This document shows, one piece after another, positions 8,669-18,090 of a DNA stretch of 64,000 nt; positions within the stretch are counted from its first letter, which is position 1; every line of letters begins with the position of its first letter. The notes under the pieces were generated by a model. The model was not told the origin of the DNA, did not search any database, and saw nothing but the letters and a program-made list of their open reading frames with translations. The translations under genes and the position numbers were made by a program. The stretch lies in the NCBI GenBank assembly GCA_043823065.1, contig JBDRBB010000006.1, positions 1 through 64,000 of the forward strand. Direction: 5' to 3'. Origin of the DNA: Pseudomonadota bacterium (GTDB lineage: Bacteria > UBA10199 > 2-02-FULL-44-16 > DYJF01).

Positions 8669-10228
8669 TTATCTCCTATTAATATATCTTCCTTCAAATA
8701 GTTCAGGACGGTTTAGTCGCTCTGGGTTAAACTGTAATTGTCTTAATGCCCTAAATTCTGCTGTTTCCTGATTGCGCAAAGCTTGCTGCAAAACATCTTG
8801 AGCAACCAAACGTATGTGCCTAGAACTAACCTGGCTCCATCCACGCAAGTGTTCGCGGATTGCGTGCCTTAACACTCTTAATACCTCCTGGTCAATATCC
8901 TGACGACCAGGATTCAATATCCCTCTTAAATGATTTTCAATTTCCTGATCTAGTTCTGCCGGCAAAACAATACTGTTTTCCCTGACCTGAAAACAAACAT
9001 TGGCCACTAAATCAAAGTTCTGCGCTAATAATGCAGAATCCCTGTTAGTCAAAATTAAGCTGGTCAAGTATTCAGCTGAAGCCTGCAGATCTTGATCTAA
9101 CAAATGCGGAAAAAAACCATAGAAACCTCTTGCCTCAACTGCTTGGTTCCTTAACCTCTGCAAATTGCTAAACAAAGACAACATGTCTTCCTGCAATTGA
9201 TAATCATTTAAATTTGCTTCTGCTCGACGATAAGCATTTTCAATTATTTGCAGACGAGAAATTTCCAAACCCAACAAGTATTGTTGCCCAACTTCAATTT
9301 CATCTCTTTCAAGTTCAGATCTATAGCTGATCATGGATTCCAATAATTTAGAGAATGTTTGAAATACTCTTTTTTGAACCAAGGTCAGCTCTTGTCTTAG
9401 CTGTTGATCCGAATTATCATTTGATGGATTCACTCTGGCCAGGGTTGTTCTTAAATCCAAACGCGCCTCAGACAAAGCCGTATATTCAAGTTCAAATTGT
9501 AATATCAATTGTTCAAAAGGGCCAACGCGAATCAGATCTTGGTCTTGAAGCAAGGAACGAATTGGCGGAGGAGTGCTGGCATCTGGCGATTGAGCTCCGC
9601 AATATAATTGCCGCCAATCTTGCACATCTGGATCATCTAGACCTGGCAAAATAATTACTCCCTCCTGAATTAGCCAGCTGGCATTTCTGGCGCCATGAAC
9701 AGGATCAGAAAGATTGGCCACAATATTTTCAACTTCTCTCCTATCTATGTAACCTGCTTGATCAATCGGCACTAACAAAGGAATGCTGGGTTCTTGTTCA
9801 CGAGATGAATAAGCTGGCGGCACTAAGATTTGATAACTGGCCTGCGCTGAATTACGCAATGGTTCAATAATAACATAGCCCAATTCTATAGAAGCTTGCT
9901 CTCGATCTAAAAAATCGCTTTCTCGCATATCCAGAAAAAAATCCAAAACAGCATTTAAGGCTATAGGGTCTTGATTGAGCTGCGGATTATCCCTGATTAA
10001 AATGTCAGTTATTGACAAGCGTTGAACAGTTAAAACGCCTCTGACTGAATTGCGATTTGCAGTAGAAGAACCAGAACGCAATAATTGCCTGAGCTCGGCT
10101 TGAGCTTGCTGATAGTCTAAACGCGCTTCTTCTAAAGCTATTTCTGTTTCAATGTTGTCTATATCTGAAAACAGAGCGTGATTTGAAGCATGGCTATTGG
10201 GCGATATTCTTTCGCCAACTGAAAACAC
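8669..10228 (-). CDS. Hypothetical coiled-coil protein
   Basis: GGAGG RBS, GTG start (MFSVGERIS), 519 aa. Confidence 0.75.
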   Translation of the reverse strand: MFSVGERISPNSHASNHALFSDIDNIETEIALEEARLDYQQAQAELRQLLRSGSSTANRNSVRGVLTVQRLSITDILIRDNPQLNQDPIALNAVLDFFLDMRESDFLDREQASIELGYVIIEPLRNSAQASYQILVPPAYSSREQEPSIPLLVPIDQAGYIDRREVENIVANLSDPVHGARNASWLIQEGVIILPGLDDPDVQDWRQLYCGAQSPDASTPPPIRSLLQDQDLIRVGPFEQLILQFELEYTALSEARLDLRTTLARVNPSNDNSDQQLRQELTLVQKRVFQTFSKLLESMISYRSELERDEIEVGQQYLLGLEISRLQIIENAYRRAEANLNDYQLQEDMLSLFSNLQRLRNQAVEARGFYGFFPHLLDQDLQASAEYLTSLILTNRDSALLAQNFDLVANVCFQVRENSIVLPAELDQEIENHLRGILNPGRQDIDQEVLRVLRHAIREHLRGWSQVSSRHIRLVAQDVLQQALRNQETAEFRALRQLQFNPERLNRPELFEGRYINRR

Positions 10229-10287
10229 AAATCCTCCACATACTTATGCTTTCAATGGCTCCCCCTCCATTGTTAATATAATTAAAA

Positions 10288-11019
10288 TTAAGATATTTCC
10301 CGAATAATCTTGCGCACCACTTCTTCTGGCTGTTTAGCCTGAGAAATTGGACGACCGACAATTAAATAATCAGCTCCTGCGGCCATGGCCATGACCGGAG
10401 AGGCAATGCGGCGCTGATCTTGAGCGTCACTGCCAAAAGGTCTAACCCCAGTGGTGGCTATGAGAAATTTACCGCCACAGGCTTCTCGAATAGGTTTGAT
10501 TTCTAAAGGAGAAGCAATAACCCCATCTACACCTGCTTTTTGGGACATTTTAGCCAGCCTAACCACTTGATCGCGCACTTCAAAGGCGATACCAATATCA
10601 GCCATGGTATCCATGCTGGTTAAAACTGTTGCTGCCAAAATTTTTGGTTTTTCGGTTTTACTGCCTGCTGCCTCTAAAGCAGCTTGCACAGATCTAGCTA
10701 ACATTTCCTGGCCACCAGAGGCATGAACCGTTAGCATGGAAACTTTTAATTTGGTGGCCATAGCTACGGCCCGCTCCACAGTTGAAGGAATATCATGATA
10801 TTTTAAATCTAGAAAAACTTGGGCGCCTTCGTGACGAATCATTTTAATCACATCCGGACCAAGAGCAGTATAGGTAGGCAAGCCAACTTCAAACATAGTA
10901 ATGTCTTTTTTTAACAACTTCACAAACTTGGTGGCCTCTTTCATAGTTTTGGCCAACAGCGTAACTATTAAACGGTCTTGCAGATCAATAGCCTTGGTGG
11001 AAATTGTTTTAGCTGACAT
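10288..11019 (-). CDS. pyrF: Orotidine-5'-phosphate decarboxylase
   Basis: FLDLKYHDIPSTV, DQRR and IVGRPI motifs. Confidence 0.95.
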   Translation of the reverse strand: MSAKTISTKAIDLQDRLIVTLLAKTMKEATKFVKLLKKDITMFEVGLPTYTALGPDVIKMIRHEGAQVFLDLKYHDIPSTVERAVAMATKLKVSMLTVHASGGQEMLARSVQAALEAAGSKTEKPKILAATVLTSMDTMADIGIAFEVRDQVVRLAKMSQKAGVDGVIASPLEIKPIREACGGKFLIATTGVRPFGSDAQDQRRIASPVMAMAAGADYLIVGRPISQAKQPEEVVRKIIREIS

Positions 11020-12721
11020 TTTTACCCCCTAGATTTTGACAAAAAATTACTACTTTTTCTGGAGCCATTTTCTCAATCTGACCTGTTTTTCTTTCTTTAA
11101 TCTCAACCACGCCTTGTTTCAAGCCTTTTTCACCAATGACAATTTGATAGGGTATGCCAATTAAATCTGCATCAGCAAATTTCACACCTGGCCTAACATC
11201 TCGATCATCAAAAAGCACCTCAATTCTATTATTTTTTAGCTCTTCATAAATCTTGTCTGCCACTTGTCTAACTTCACCATCTACGCTCAAAGGCAAAATT
11301 TCCACGGCAAAAGGAGCAATGGGCAAGGGCCAACAAATTCCCTTGTCATCATGATTTTGCTCAATTGCTGCAGCAGCAGTGCGGCCCACGCCAATGCCAT
11401 AGCAACCCATAACAATGGTTTGTTCTTGGCCATTTTCATCTAGATAAACCGCTTTCATAGCCTTGCTATATTTGGTGCCTAAATAAAAAACCTGACCAAC
11501 TTCAATACCCCGAAATTCCTTAAAAGTTCCCTGGCATCTGGGGCAAGGATCGCCGCTAACTGCGCGCCTCAGATCCAAAAACTGGGTGACTTTAAAATCG
11601 CCTAAATTTACCTGGGTTAGGTGCAAATCAGCTGTATTTGCGCCAACCACAAAGTCTTGCATATTGGCTACTTCATAATCAGCATAAATTGGGATGTTCA
11701 AGCCAATTGGTCCAGAAAAACCTGAAGGACCGCCAGTTACTTTCCTGACAGTTTCTTCTTCAGCAAAATGGCACCATTCCCAGCCTAGAGCATCTTTTAG
11801 CTTAACTTCTTTAAGGGCATGGTCACCCCGCACCAAAGCTGCTGCTGGTCCTTGATCTGTTTCCAAAATAAGAGTTTTGATAATCTGATTCGGCTTAACC
11901 TTGAGAAACGTAGAAACTTCTTCAACTGTTTTTTGACCAAGTGTTTCGATTTTTTGATAACTTCCTTTTTTATTCTCTGGTCTCTGGTCTCTGGTCTCTG
12001 GTCTTCTGATTTGCGCTTTCTCAACATTTGCACAATATTCACAACTATCGCAGGAAACTATTTCATCTTCGCCTGAAGCAGCCAATACTTGAAACTCATG
12101 CGATTTGGAGCCGCCGATTGTGCCAGTAGCAGCTTCCACTGGACGAAATTCTAAACCGCAACGGGTAAAAATTCTTTTATAAGCATCAAACATTTTTTCA
12201 TAAACTTCATGCGAAGCTTTTTCATCGCGATCAAAAGAATAGGCATCTTTCATGATGAATTCCCGGCTACGCATCACGCCAAAACGCGGCCTGATTTCAT
12301 CCCGAAATTTGGTTTGAATTTGAAAAAGGTTTTTGGGCAGATCACGATAAGAATGAATTTCATTTCTCACCAGATCGGTGATTGCTTCTTCATGGGTGGG
12401 GCCAATTACAAAATCACGGTTACTGCGATCTTTGAAACGAAGCAGTTCTTTGCCATAGGCTTCCCAACGTCCTGTTTCCTGCCAAAGTTCGGCAGGCATG
12501 ACAATGGGCAGCAAAAGTTCCTGGGCATCTTTTGCTTCCATCTCTTCCCGAATAATTTGCTCAATTTTACGAATGACCCGAAAGGCCAAAGGCAACATGG
12601 TATATACACCAGAAGCAAGTTTGCGAATATAACCGGCCCGAAGCATTAACTTATGGCTTACCACCTCTGCATCAGAAGGTGCTTCACGCAACGTGGGAAT
12701 TAGTAGTTTTGAGTAATACAT
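11009..12721 (-). CDS. proS: Proline--tRNA ligase (bacterial type with INS editing domain)
   Basis: GPTHEE, FRDEIRPRFG and GCYGIG motifs. Confidence 0.98.
   Translation of the reverse strand: MYYSKLLIPTLREAPSDAEVVSHKLMLRAGYIRKLASGVYTMLPLAFRVIRKIEQIIREEMEAKDAQELLLPIVMPAELWQETGRWEAYGKELLRFKDRSNRDFVIGPTHEEAITDLVRNEIHSYRDLPKNLFQIQTKFRDEIRPRFGVMRSREFIMKDAYSFDRDEKASHEVYEKMFDAYKRIFTRCGLEFRPVEAATGTIGGSKSHEFQVLAASGEDEIVSCDSCEYCANVEKAQIRRPETRDQRPENKKGSYQKIETLGQKTVEEVSTFLKVKPNQIIKTLILETDQGPAAALVRGDHALKEVKLKDALGWEWCHFAEEETVRKVTGGPSGFSGPIGLNIPIYADYEVANMQDFVVGANTADLHLTQVNLGDFKVTQFLDLRRAVSGDPCPRCQGTFKEFRGIEVGQVFYLGTKYSKAMKAVYLDENGQEQTIVMGCYGIGVGRTAAAAIEQNHDDKGICWPLPIAPFAVEILPLSVDGEVRQVADKIYEELKNNRIEVLFDDRDVRPGVKFADADLIGIPYQIVIGEKGLKQGVVEIKERKTGQIEKMAPEKVVIFCQNLGGKNVS
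11974..12001. repeat. (TCTCTGG)4 heptamer tandem repeat inside proS
   Basis: Four perfect copies, read on the minus strand as part of RPETRDQRPE. Confidence 0.9.
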
Positions 12722-12731
12722 AGGTTCCTCA

Positions 12732-13784
12732 TCAAATTATCTTGTCTATTTCTTTAATCAACTCATCTTCAATTTCATCTTCGCGGCAAGTGCGAATGAT
12801 TTTACCTTGGCGCATAATCATGCCTTTGCCATTACCGCCAGCTACTCCAATATCAGCCTCTTTAGCTTCTCCTGGGCCATTAACCACGCACCCCATTACT
12901 GCCACTTTCAAAGGTTTTTTTATTCCTGCCAAACGTTTTTCCAAACGCGCTACTAAATTTTCCAAATCAATTTGCAAACGACCACAGGTTGGACAAGAAA
13001 CTATTTCCACAAAAGGACGCTGGCGTAAATTTAGGGAAGCTAAAATTTCATAAGCAGCTTTGACTTCCAAAACAGGATCAGCAGTTAAAGATACGCGAAT
13101 GGTGTCGCCAATACCTTCTTGCAACAATGTGCCAATACCTAATGCTGATTTAATGGCTCCGCACAAAAGCGTGCCAGCTTCGGTCACGCCAAGATGTAGA
13201 GGATAATCAACTTTTTGAGCTAGCAAGCGATAGGCTTCCAACGTATGCCCAACACTAGAAGCTTTAACCGAAATTTTGATATCTTGAAAATCAAATTCTT
13301 CAAGCAAACGCGCATGATTAAGCGCAGATTCCACCAAGGCTTCTGGAGTTGGCGAGCCAAATTTTTCCAAAATATGTTTTTCCACAGAACCAGAATTCAC
13401 TCCAATGCGAATTGGAATGCGACAAGCCCTGGCTTGAGTGGCTACTTGTTGAATTTTTTCTTTAGAACCGATATTACCTGGATTAATCCGCAAACCATCC
13501 ACACCTTGTTCAATGGCTATTAAAGCCAAATTATGTTGAAAGTGAATGTCAGCAATCAAGGGGATGCTAATTTCCTTTTTGATTTGACTTAAAGCTTTGG
13601 CAGCGTGTTCATCTGGCACAGCTACTCTGATAATTTCACAACCAGCATTCTCTAATTCATGGATCTGGGCTACTGTGGTTTTAACATCAGCAGTGTTGGT
13701 GTTGGTCATGGATTGCACAGAAATTGGTGCATCTCCACCAACCTTAACTTTCCCAATTTGAATTTGTCGGGTTTTCTTTCTCAT
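12732..13784 (-). CDS. ispG: HMBPP synthase (4Fe-4S)
   Basis: ADIHF, RINPGN, LHLGVTEAG, CPTCGR and GCVVNGPGE motifs; ATGA overlap with the upstream gene. Confidence 0.97.
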   Translation of the reverse strand: MRKKTRQIQIGKVKVGGDAPISVQSMTNTNTADVKTTVAQIHELENAGCEIIRVAVPDEHAAKALSQIKKEISIPLIADIHFQHNLALIAIEQGVDGLRINPGNIGSKEKIQQVATQARACRIPIRIGVNSGSVEKHILEKFGSPTPEALVESALNHARLLEEFDFQDIKISVKASSVGHTLEAYRLLAQKVDYPLHLGVTEAGTLLCGAIKSALGIGTLLQEGIGDTIRVSLTADPVLEVKAAYEILASLNLRQRPFVEIVSCPTCGRLQIDLENLVARLEKRLAGIKKPLKVAVMGCVVNGPGEAKEADIGVAGGNGKGMIMRQGKIIRTCREDEIEDELIKEIDKII

Positions 13785-15016
13785 TGGACTATAAGCGAAC
13801 AACCTCCACCAGCGCCAGGTGTTGTTTGATCTTGAGCTCCATTATCTGACCCAGTACCTGGAGTAGCATTAGGACAAGGATTAGTAACAGCAATTTTAAC
13901 AAATGGCATTTCTATAATTTGCCCTGCGGTGCTGCAAGTAATTGTACTGGCACCGTCTGTAGCATTGATTATACCAGATTCAAAACCAGTAGGCGGGTTG
14001 GGCAAAGGTTCAAAATCTGAAGCACCGGTAAATTCGCCACCTAATGGTTCATAATATACTTCATAGGTCTTGCCTGGTACTAGACCAAATAAATAATAAC
14101 TGCCATCATTTTTTTCAGAACAACCTGGATACATAACGCCTGAAACCATGGAACGTGCATCTGATCTGGTGTTTGATGTTCCATCATTTACCCGGCGGGC
14201 AATTACATTCACCCCTTGCAAAGGAGCGCCATTACCGTCTTGCACATGGCCAACCACAGTACAAAATGATTGAGTGAGAGCTCCTTGAGGATAGATCCAA
14301 GAAATAGTCACAATATCATCAATATTTAAGCTGTCTTGGCGATCGGTTTTAAGCTGCGGAAACATGGTTGGAATATGATGACCACCATTACACTCATCAC
14401 CTAATACACAATTTTCAGCAATATCCATATTTATTTGAGTATGATCTAAATTAAGCAAGTGGCCAATTTCATGTAAAATTGGGGCCTTATATTGATCTAC
14501 GCTTACTGTGCCATTATCCAAAATCAAACCATTTAAGATCACCACTCCTTTTAATAACCTTTTGCCACTAGAAGAGGAGACTAAAAGCTGAGTTAAGCCC
14601 AAATATTCATCAGAATTGCCAGGGAAAAGTTCTTCAGTAATACTGCCATCCCGATCAAAGATAACCACGGTGGGGCCTTCCTCATAATTTATATAATCCC
14701 ACATATTATCTTTATTAATATCTACCCCAATATCTCCACCATATTCGGCAGTGATAACTGTTGTATTTTGATCTTCTAATTTGGCATTAAGCCATTTATT
14801 AATGGCTTCTTGCACCAAGGCAACTGCTTGATCATGATCAACAGCATTAGCTAAATCACTACTATCTGAATACCACAATAATTTATCATATAACCAACGT
14901 TGGGCTGTTCCTGAATCTGTCACTTGATCAACTGTAAAGGGTCCGCCAGCAAAACTTGGCGCACAAAGGCCAAGCAAGATAAACACTATTAATATTATAT
15001 TCCTAAAACAGTGCAC
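13781..15016 (-). CDS. Secreted matrixin/metzincin-like zinc metalloprotease with beta-sandwich domain and GGGC C-terminal tail
   Basis: Signal peptide, HEIGHLLNLDH, Met-turn PTMFP, C-terminus GAGGGCSLIVQ. Confidence 0.8.
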   Translation of the reverse strand: MHCFRNIILIVFILLGLCAPSFAGGPFTVDQVTDSGTAQRWLYDKLLWYSDSSDLANAVDHDQAVALVQEAINKWLNAKLEDQNTTVITAEYGGDIGVDINKDNMWDYINYEEGPTVVIFDRDGSITEELFPGNSDEYLGLTQLLVSSSSGKRLLKGVVILNGLILDNGTVSVDQYKAPILHEIGHLLNLDHTQINMDIAENCVLGDECNGGHHIPTMFPQLKTDRQDSLNIDDIVTISWIYPQGALTQSFCTVVGHVQDGNGAPLQGVNVIARRVNDGTSNTRSDARSMVSGVMYPGCSEKNDGSYYLFGLVPGKTYEVYYEPLGGEFTGASDFEPLPNPPTGFESGIINATDGASTITCSTAGQIIEMPFVKIAVTNPCPNATPGTGSDNGAQDQTTPGAGGGCSLIVQ

Positions 15017-15026
15017 TAAATCCTCC

Positions 15027-15635
15027 TTATTCCAAGGTCTTGATCATGGCCTTAAAGTTATCATAATCAATTGGACCTGATGGCGGCTGAGCCTGATCAA
15101 TTTGACCTGCTTTAAGAGTTTTACTCATACTTTTAGTTGCCGGTAAGTTTTGAAATAAATTTTTATTGGAAAATTTATTCACAACTTGGGCCTTGCCTTG
15201 GGCATCATAAATATAATCAAACAAACCTTGCGTAAAACCAACTACACTGCGTACTTTTAAGGTTTCTGATTCTTTAGAGAGACAGACCACATATTCTTGG
15301 CCAGGTTCAAATTCCACAAAATTTACGCGAAAAGCCATACCCATCTTTTTAGTATCTTTATTGGAAGCGCCGTATTGCAAAAATTCAAATTTATCTTTAT
15401 CCAGCTGGGCTTCTATGGCAGCTTGTCCCTTAATCACTTCTTTTACTTGAAATCTATTTAAGGTAAGAATCAAACCCTTCTTCTTAACAATTTCACTTTC
15501 TTTAAAAACTCCCTGAAAAATTATTTCTGAACGCTCCACAATGGTTGGAAAATTTACAGGCAGGATTTGATCTGCCTGCAAAAACAATGGGACAAACAAA
15601 AGAAAAGCAAAAAACATTAAACCTAAGCGCCTCAC
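15027..15635 (-). CDS. Hypothetical secreted protein
   Basis: Signal peptide, GGAGG RBS, operonic with the protease. Confidence 0.75.
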   Translation of the reverse strand: MRRLGLMFFAFLLFVPLFLQADQILPVNFPTIVERSEIIFQGVFKESEIVKKKGLILTLNRFQVKEVIKGQAAIEAQLDKDKFEFLQYGASNKDTKKMGMAFRVNFVEFEPGQEYVVCLSKESETLKVRSVVGFTQGLFDYIYDAQGKAQVVNKFSNKNLFQNLPATKSMSKTLKAGQIDQAQPPSGPIDYDNFKAMIKTLE

Positions 15636-15730
15636 AAAAACCTCCTATATAATATTATACCTGGTAAAACAGCCAAATACCAGCATATTTAGGCTATTAC
15701 AACTGAAATCCAGCAGAAATAAAAGAAAAA

Positions 15731-15758
15731 TAGGCCCAACTTCTAAAAGTAGGGCCTA
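15731..15758 (-). terminator. Intrinsic terminator of the histone-like gene
   Basis: TAGGCCC...GGGCCTA hairpin followed by TTTTT on the minus strand. Confidence 0.65.
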
Positions 15759-15784
15759 TTAAACTTTTATAAAAATATACTTTT

Positions 15785-15964
15785 CTATACATCACGATCT
15801 TTAATAGTTTGGCGACTATTGCCTTGAGCACGCTTTACTGCCTTGTCTAAAAGTTCTCTGACAGCTTCAGAAAGTGCTTCAACAGCTGTTTCAGAGGTTT
15901 GAAGACCTTTTTCTTTCACGTATTCTTTTACCTTTGATACCACTACTAGAGTTTCCCTTGCCAT
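15785..15964 (-). CDS. Bacterial histone-fold protein (59 aa; absent from the ORF track)
   Basis: MARETLVVVSKVKEYVKEKGLQTSETAVEALSEAVRELLDKAVKRAQGNSRQTIKDRDV; GGAGGGG RBS; LVVxSKVK start and RxT(I/V)xxRD end as in Bdellovibrio Bd0055-type histones. Confidence 0.9.
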   Translation of the reverse strand: MARETLVVVSKVKEYVKEKGLQTSETAVEALSEAVRELLDKAVKRAQGNSRQTIKDRDV

Positions 15965-16114
15965 ATCCCCTCCTTAATTCAGTTTAATGTTAAAAGTTTA
16001 AATAAGTTTTGTTAATACCCTGCAAATTGTCAAATAAAAAAATAAATAATGTGATTTCATTGACATCCAAGCCAAGCTTTGCTAAATCGCAATCCAATTT
16101 TGACAATTTGGATT

Positions 16115-16187
16115 GGGTCGCTAGCTCAGTTGGTAGAGCACCGCCCTTTTAAGGCGGGTGTCCCGGGTTCGAGCCCCGGGCGACTCA
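16115..16187 (+). tRNA. tRNA-Lys(TTT)
   Basis: Acceptor GGGTCGC/GCGACTC, anticodon arm CCGCC-CTTTTAA-GGCGG, T-loop GTTCGAG. Confidence 0.95.
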
Positions 16188-16203
16188 CAAAAAAAGCCCT
16201 TTT

Positions 16204-17186
16204 TCAGCATTTGATAGAGGGCTTTTTTGGTAAACAAAAATGAAAACAAGCCCCTCCTTCAGGATGATTGTGCGCATGTAATTCTGAACCGTGTAAAGAT
16301 ATTAATTTCTTAGAAATAGCTAACCCTAAGCCATGACTTTTCTCATTACCTGTTGGTTTGGCCGATAGCGTAGAAAATGCAGAAAATATTTTCTGCAGAT
16401 CCTCATCAGTAAAACCAGGGCCAGAATCACATATTTTAACCAAACACCCCAGCTCTTTTGCTTCCAAAGAAATTTTGATTTTACCCCCTTTAGGCGTGTA
16501 TTTAATGGCATTAGAAATTAAATTATTCAACACCTGATTGATCATACCCTGATCCATTTGAATTTTTGGTATTTTTGGTCGATTTCCAAGGTCAAAGTCT
16601 GTTGTTTATCTTTAGCTGCTAAAGAATAGAGATCAACTGTATCTTTTAATAATTCTTCCAAAGATTGTTCTTCAAAGTGAGGCTCCATTTTTCCCTCTTC
16701 AATTTTGGCAATATTCAAACTATCGTTTACTAATTCTGAAATATGACGAACATATTTATGAATTCGATAAAGACCTTTTAAGAAATTTTCATCCACATTG
16801 GGTAAACTCTTGATCAACATTTCATTTTGAAAACCAATCACTGCAATTCCGCTTAAAATATCATGCGAAACCATTCCCAGCAGTTCGTTTTTCTCATCAT
16901 TAAGCAAAGTCAAACGTTCATTTTGTTTTGATAATTGCGCACGCTGATCTTCAATTTCAGCCATAAGTTCAGCAGCTTGGGCGTTGGCTCTTGCCAACTC
17001 AGAATTAGACTTAGAATATTGTTTGTTAAGACGCGAAACCTCCTCTTTTTTAGCTTCAAGTTCTGCTACAATCTCTGCTGCATCAGCATTAATCTCGGCC
17101 ATAGATTTGATCTTGGCACGTAACTCTTTATTAGCTTTTTTCAATGTTTCAATTTGTTGTTTCTGAGTAAAATTAGCGTCGATCAT
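16204..17186 (-). CDS. Cytoplasmic histidine kinase (coiled coil + HisKA + HATPase), split by a 1-bp frameshift
   Basis: SHD H-box in 16542-17186; NLISNAIKY, DSGPG and GLGLAI in 16204-16557; adding one A to the A5 run near 16572-16576 restores QKIPKIQMDQGM. Confidence 0.85.
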
Positions 17187-17201
17187 AAAATAAACTCCTA
17201 A

Positions 17202-17591
17202 TTAAAACGTCACCACCCGACCATTATGTTCAATAAAATGGAAAGCTGTGGCCATGCCCGTAACTTCCGCGCCACCCCGCAAACCTTGCACAACCAATTT
17301 TTTATCCACACTACAATAGTATTCTACGCAAGGTGGACAAACATAAATCTTTCCACCTAAATCTTGAAATTGATTAATATAACTTTCCAAAGGTTCAAAA
17401 CCAGGCATACAAACACCCTTGGCAGCTTCTTTTAATCCCCAAATAGTGCCATCCATAGTAACATACATGGCCACATCCGCACCCATGGACAATGCTGAAC
17501 AGGCAAAGGCAAAAGCCAGGGTAGCCTTGGCTCCATGATCCTGTTTGCCTGTGCTTAAAATTATCAGCAGACGCTCTTTTTCTTTACTCAC
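17202..17591 (-). CDS. DsrE family protein
   Basis: A..A.SMGADV.MYVTMDG and GGKIYVCPPC patterns. Confidence 0.85.
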   Translation of the reverse strand: MSKEKERLLIILSTGKQDHGAKATLAFAFACSALSMGADVAMYVTMDGTIWGLKEAAKGVCMPGFEPLESYINQFQDLGGKIYVCPPCVEYYCSVDKKLVVQGLRGGAEVTGMATAFHFIEHNGRVVTF

Positions 17592-17604
17592 AAATACCTC
17601 CTTA

Positions 17605-18090
17605 TTAAATAAAAAGTACTAAATTATCTGCCAAGGCAGAATTGACAAAAGTGGAAACTCCACAACTTTGCACAGTATGTTCACATGCTGACAATCCCAA
17701 CATTCCAGAAGATGTTTCACAAAGATTAATTTTAACCCCTAAATCTTTTGCTGATTCAACCAATTTTTCCAGGCTTTCCACCCCCTGTTTGCGCATTAAA
17801 TAACGCATCAGCCTAGGTCCTATTCCTAAAAAATTTAGCCTAGATAATGGTAAATTATTAATCCCTTTTGGCGCAAACCAACCAAATAATTTTTGTAGCC
17901 AACTTGTTGTTTTGACTTCTCCCAACAAGGGACACATGGCCTGAGCCCCCCAAAAAGTAAAAAACATTTTTACCTGCATGCCCATGCTGGCTGCGCCGCA
18001 AGCAATAGTAAATGCTGCATATAATTTATCGTATTCCCCTGAAAAACAGACAATGCTTACAGAACGATTCTCCCCCATAACCCCTCTCAC
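17605..18090 (-). CDS. DsrE/DsrF/DrsH-like (DsrE2) sulfur carrier
   Basis: FSGEYDK, MFFTFWG, LPLSRLNFLGIG and C-terminal LFI. Confidence 0.9.
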   Translation of the reverse strand: MRGVMGENRSVSIVCFSGEYDKLYAAFTIACGAASMGMQVKMFFTFWGAQAMCPLLGEVKTTSWLQKLFGWFAPKGINNLPLSRLNFLGIGPRLMRYLMRKQGVESLEKLVESAKDLGVKINLCETSSGMLGLSACEHTVQSCGVSTFVNSALADNLVLFI

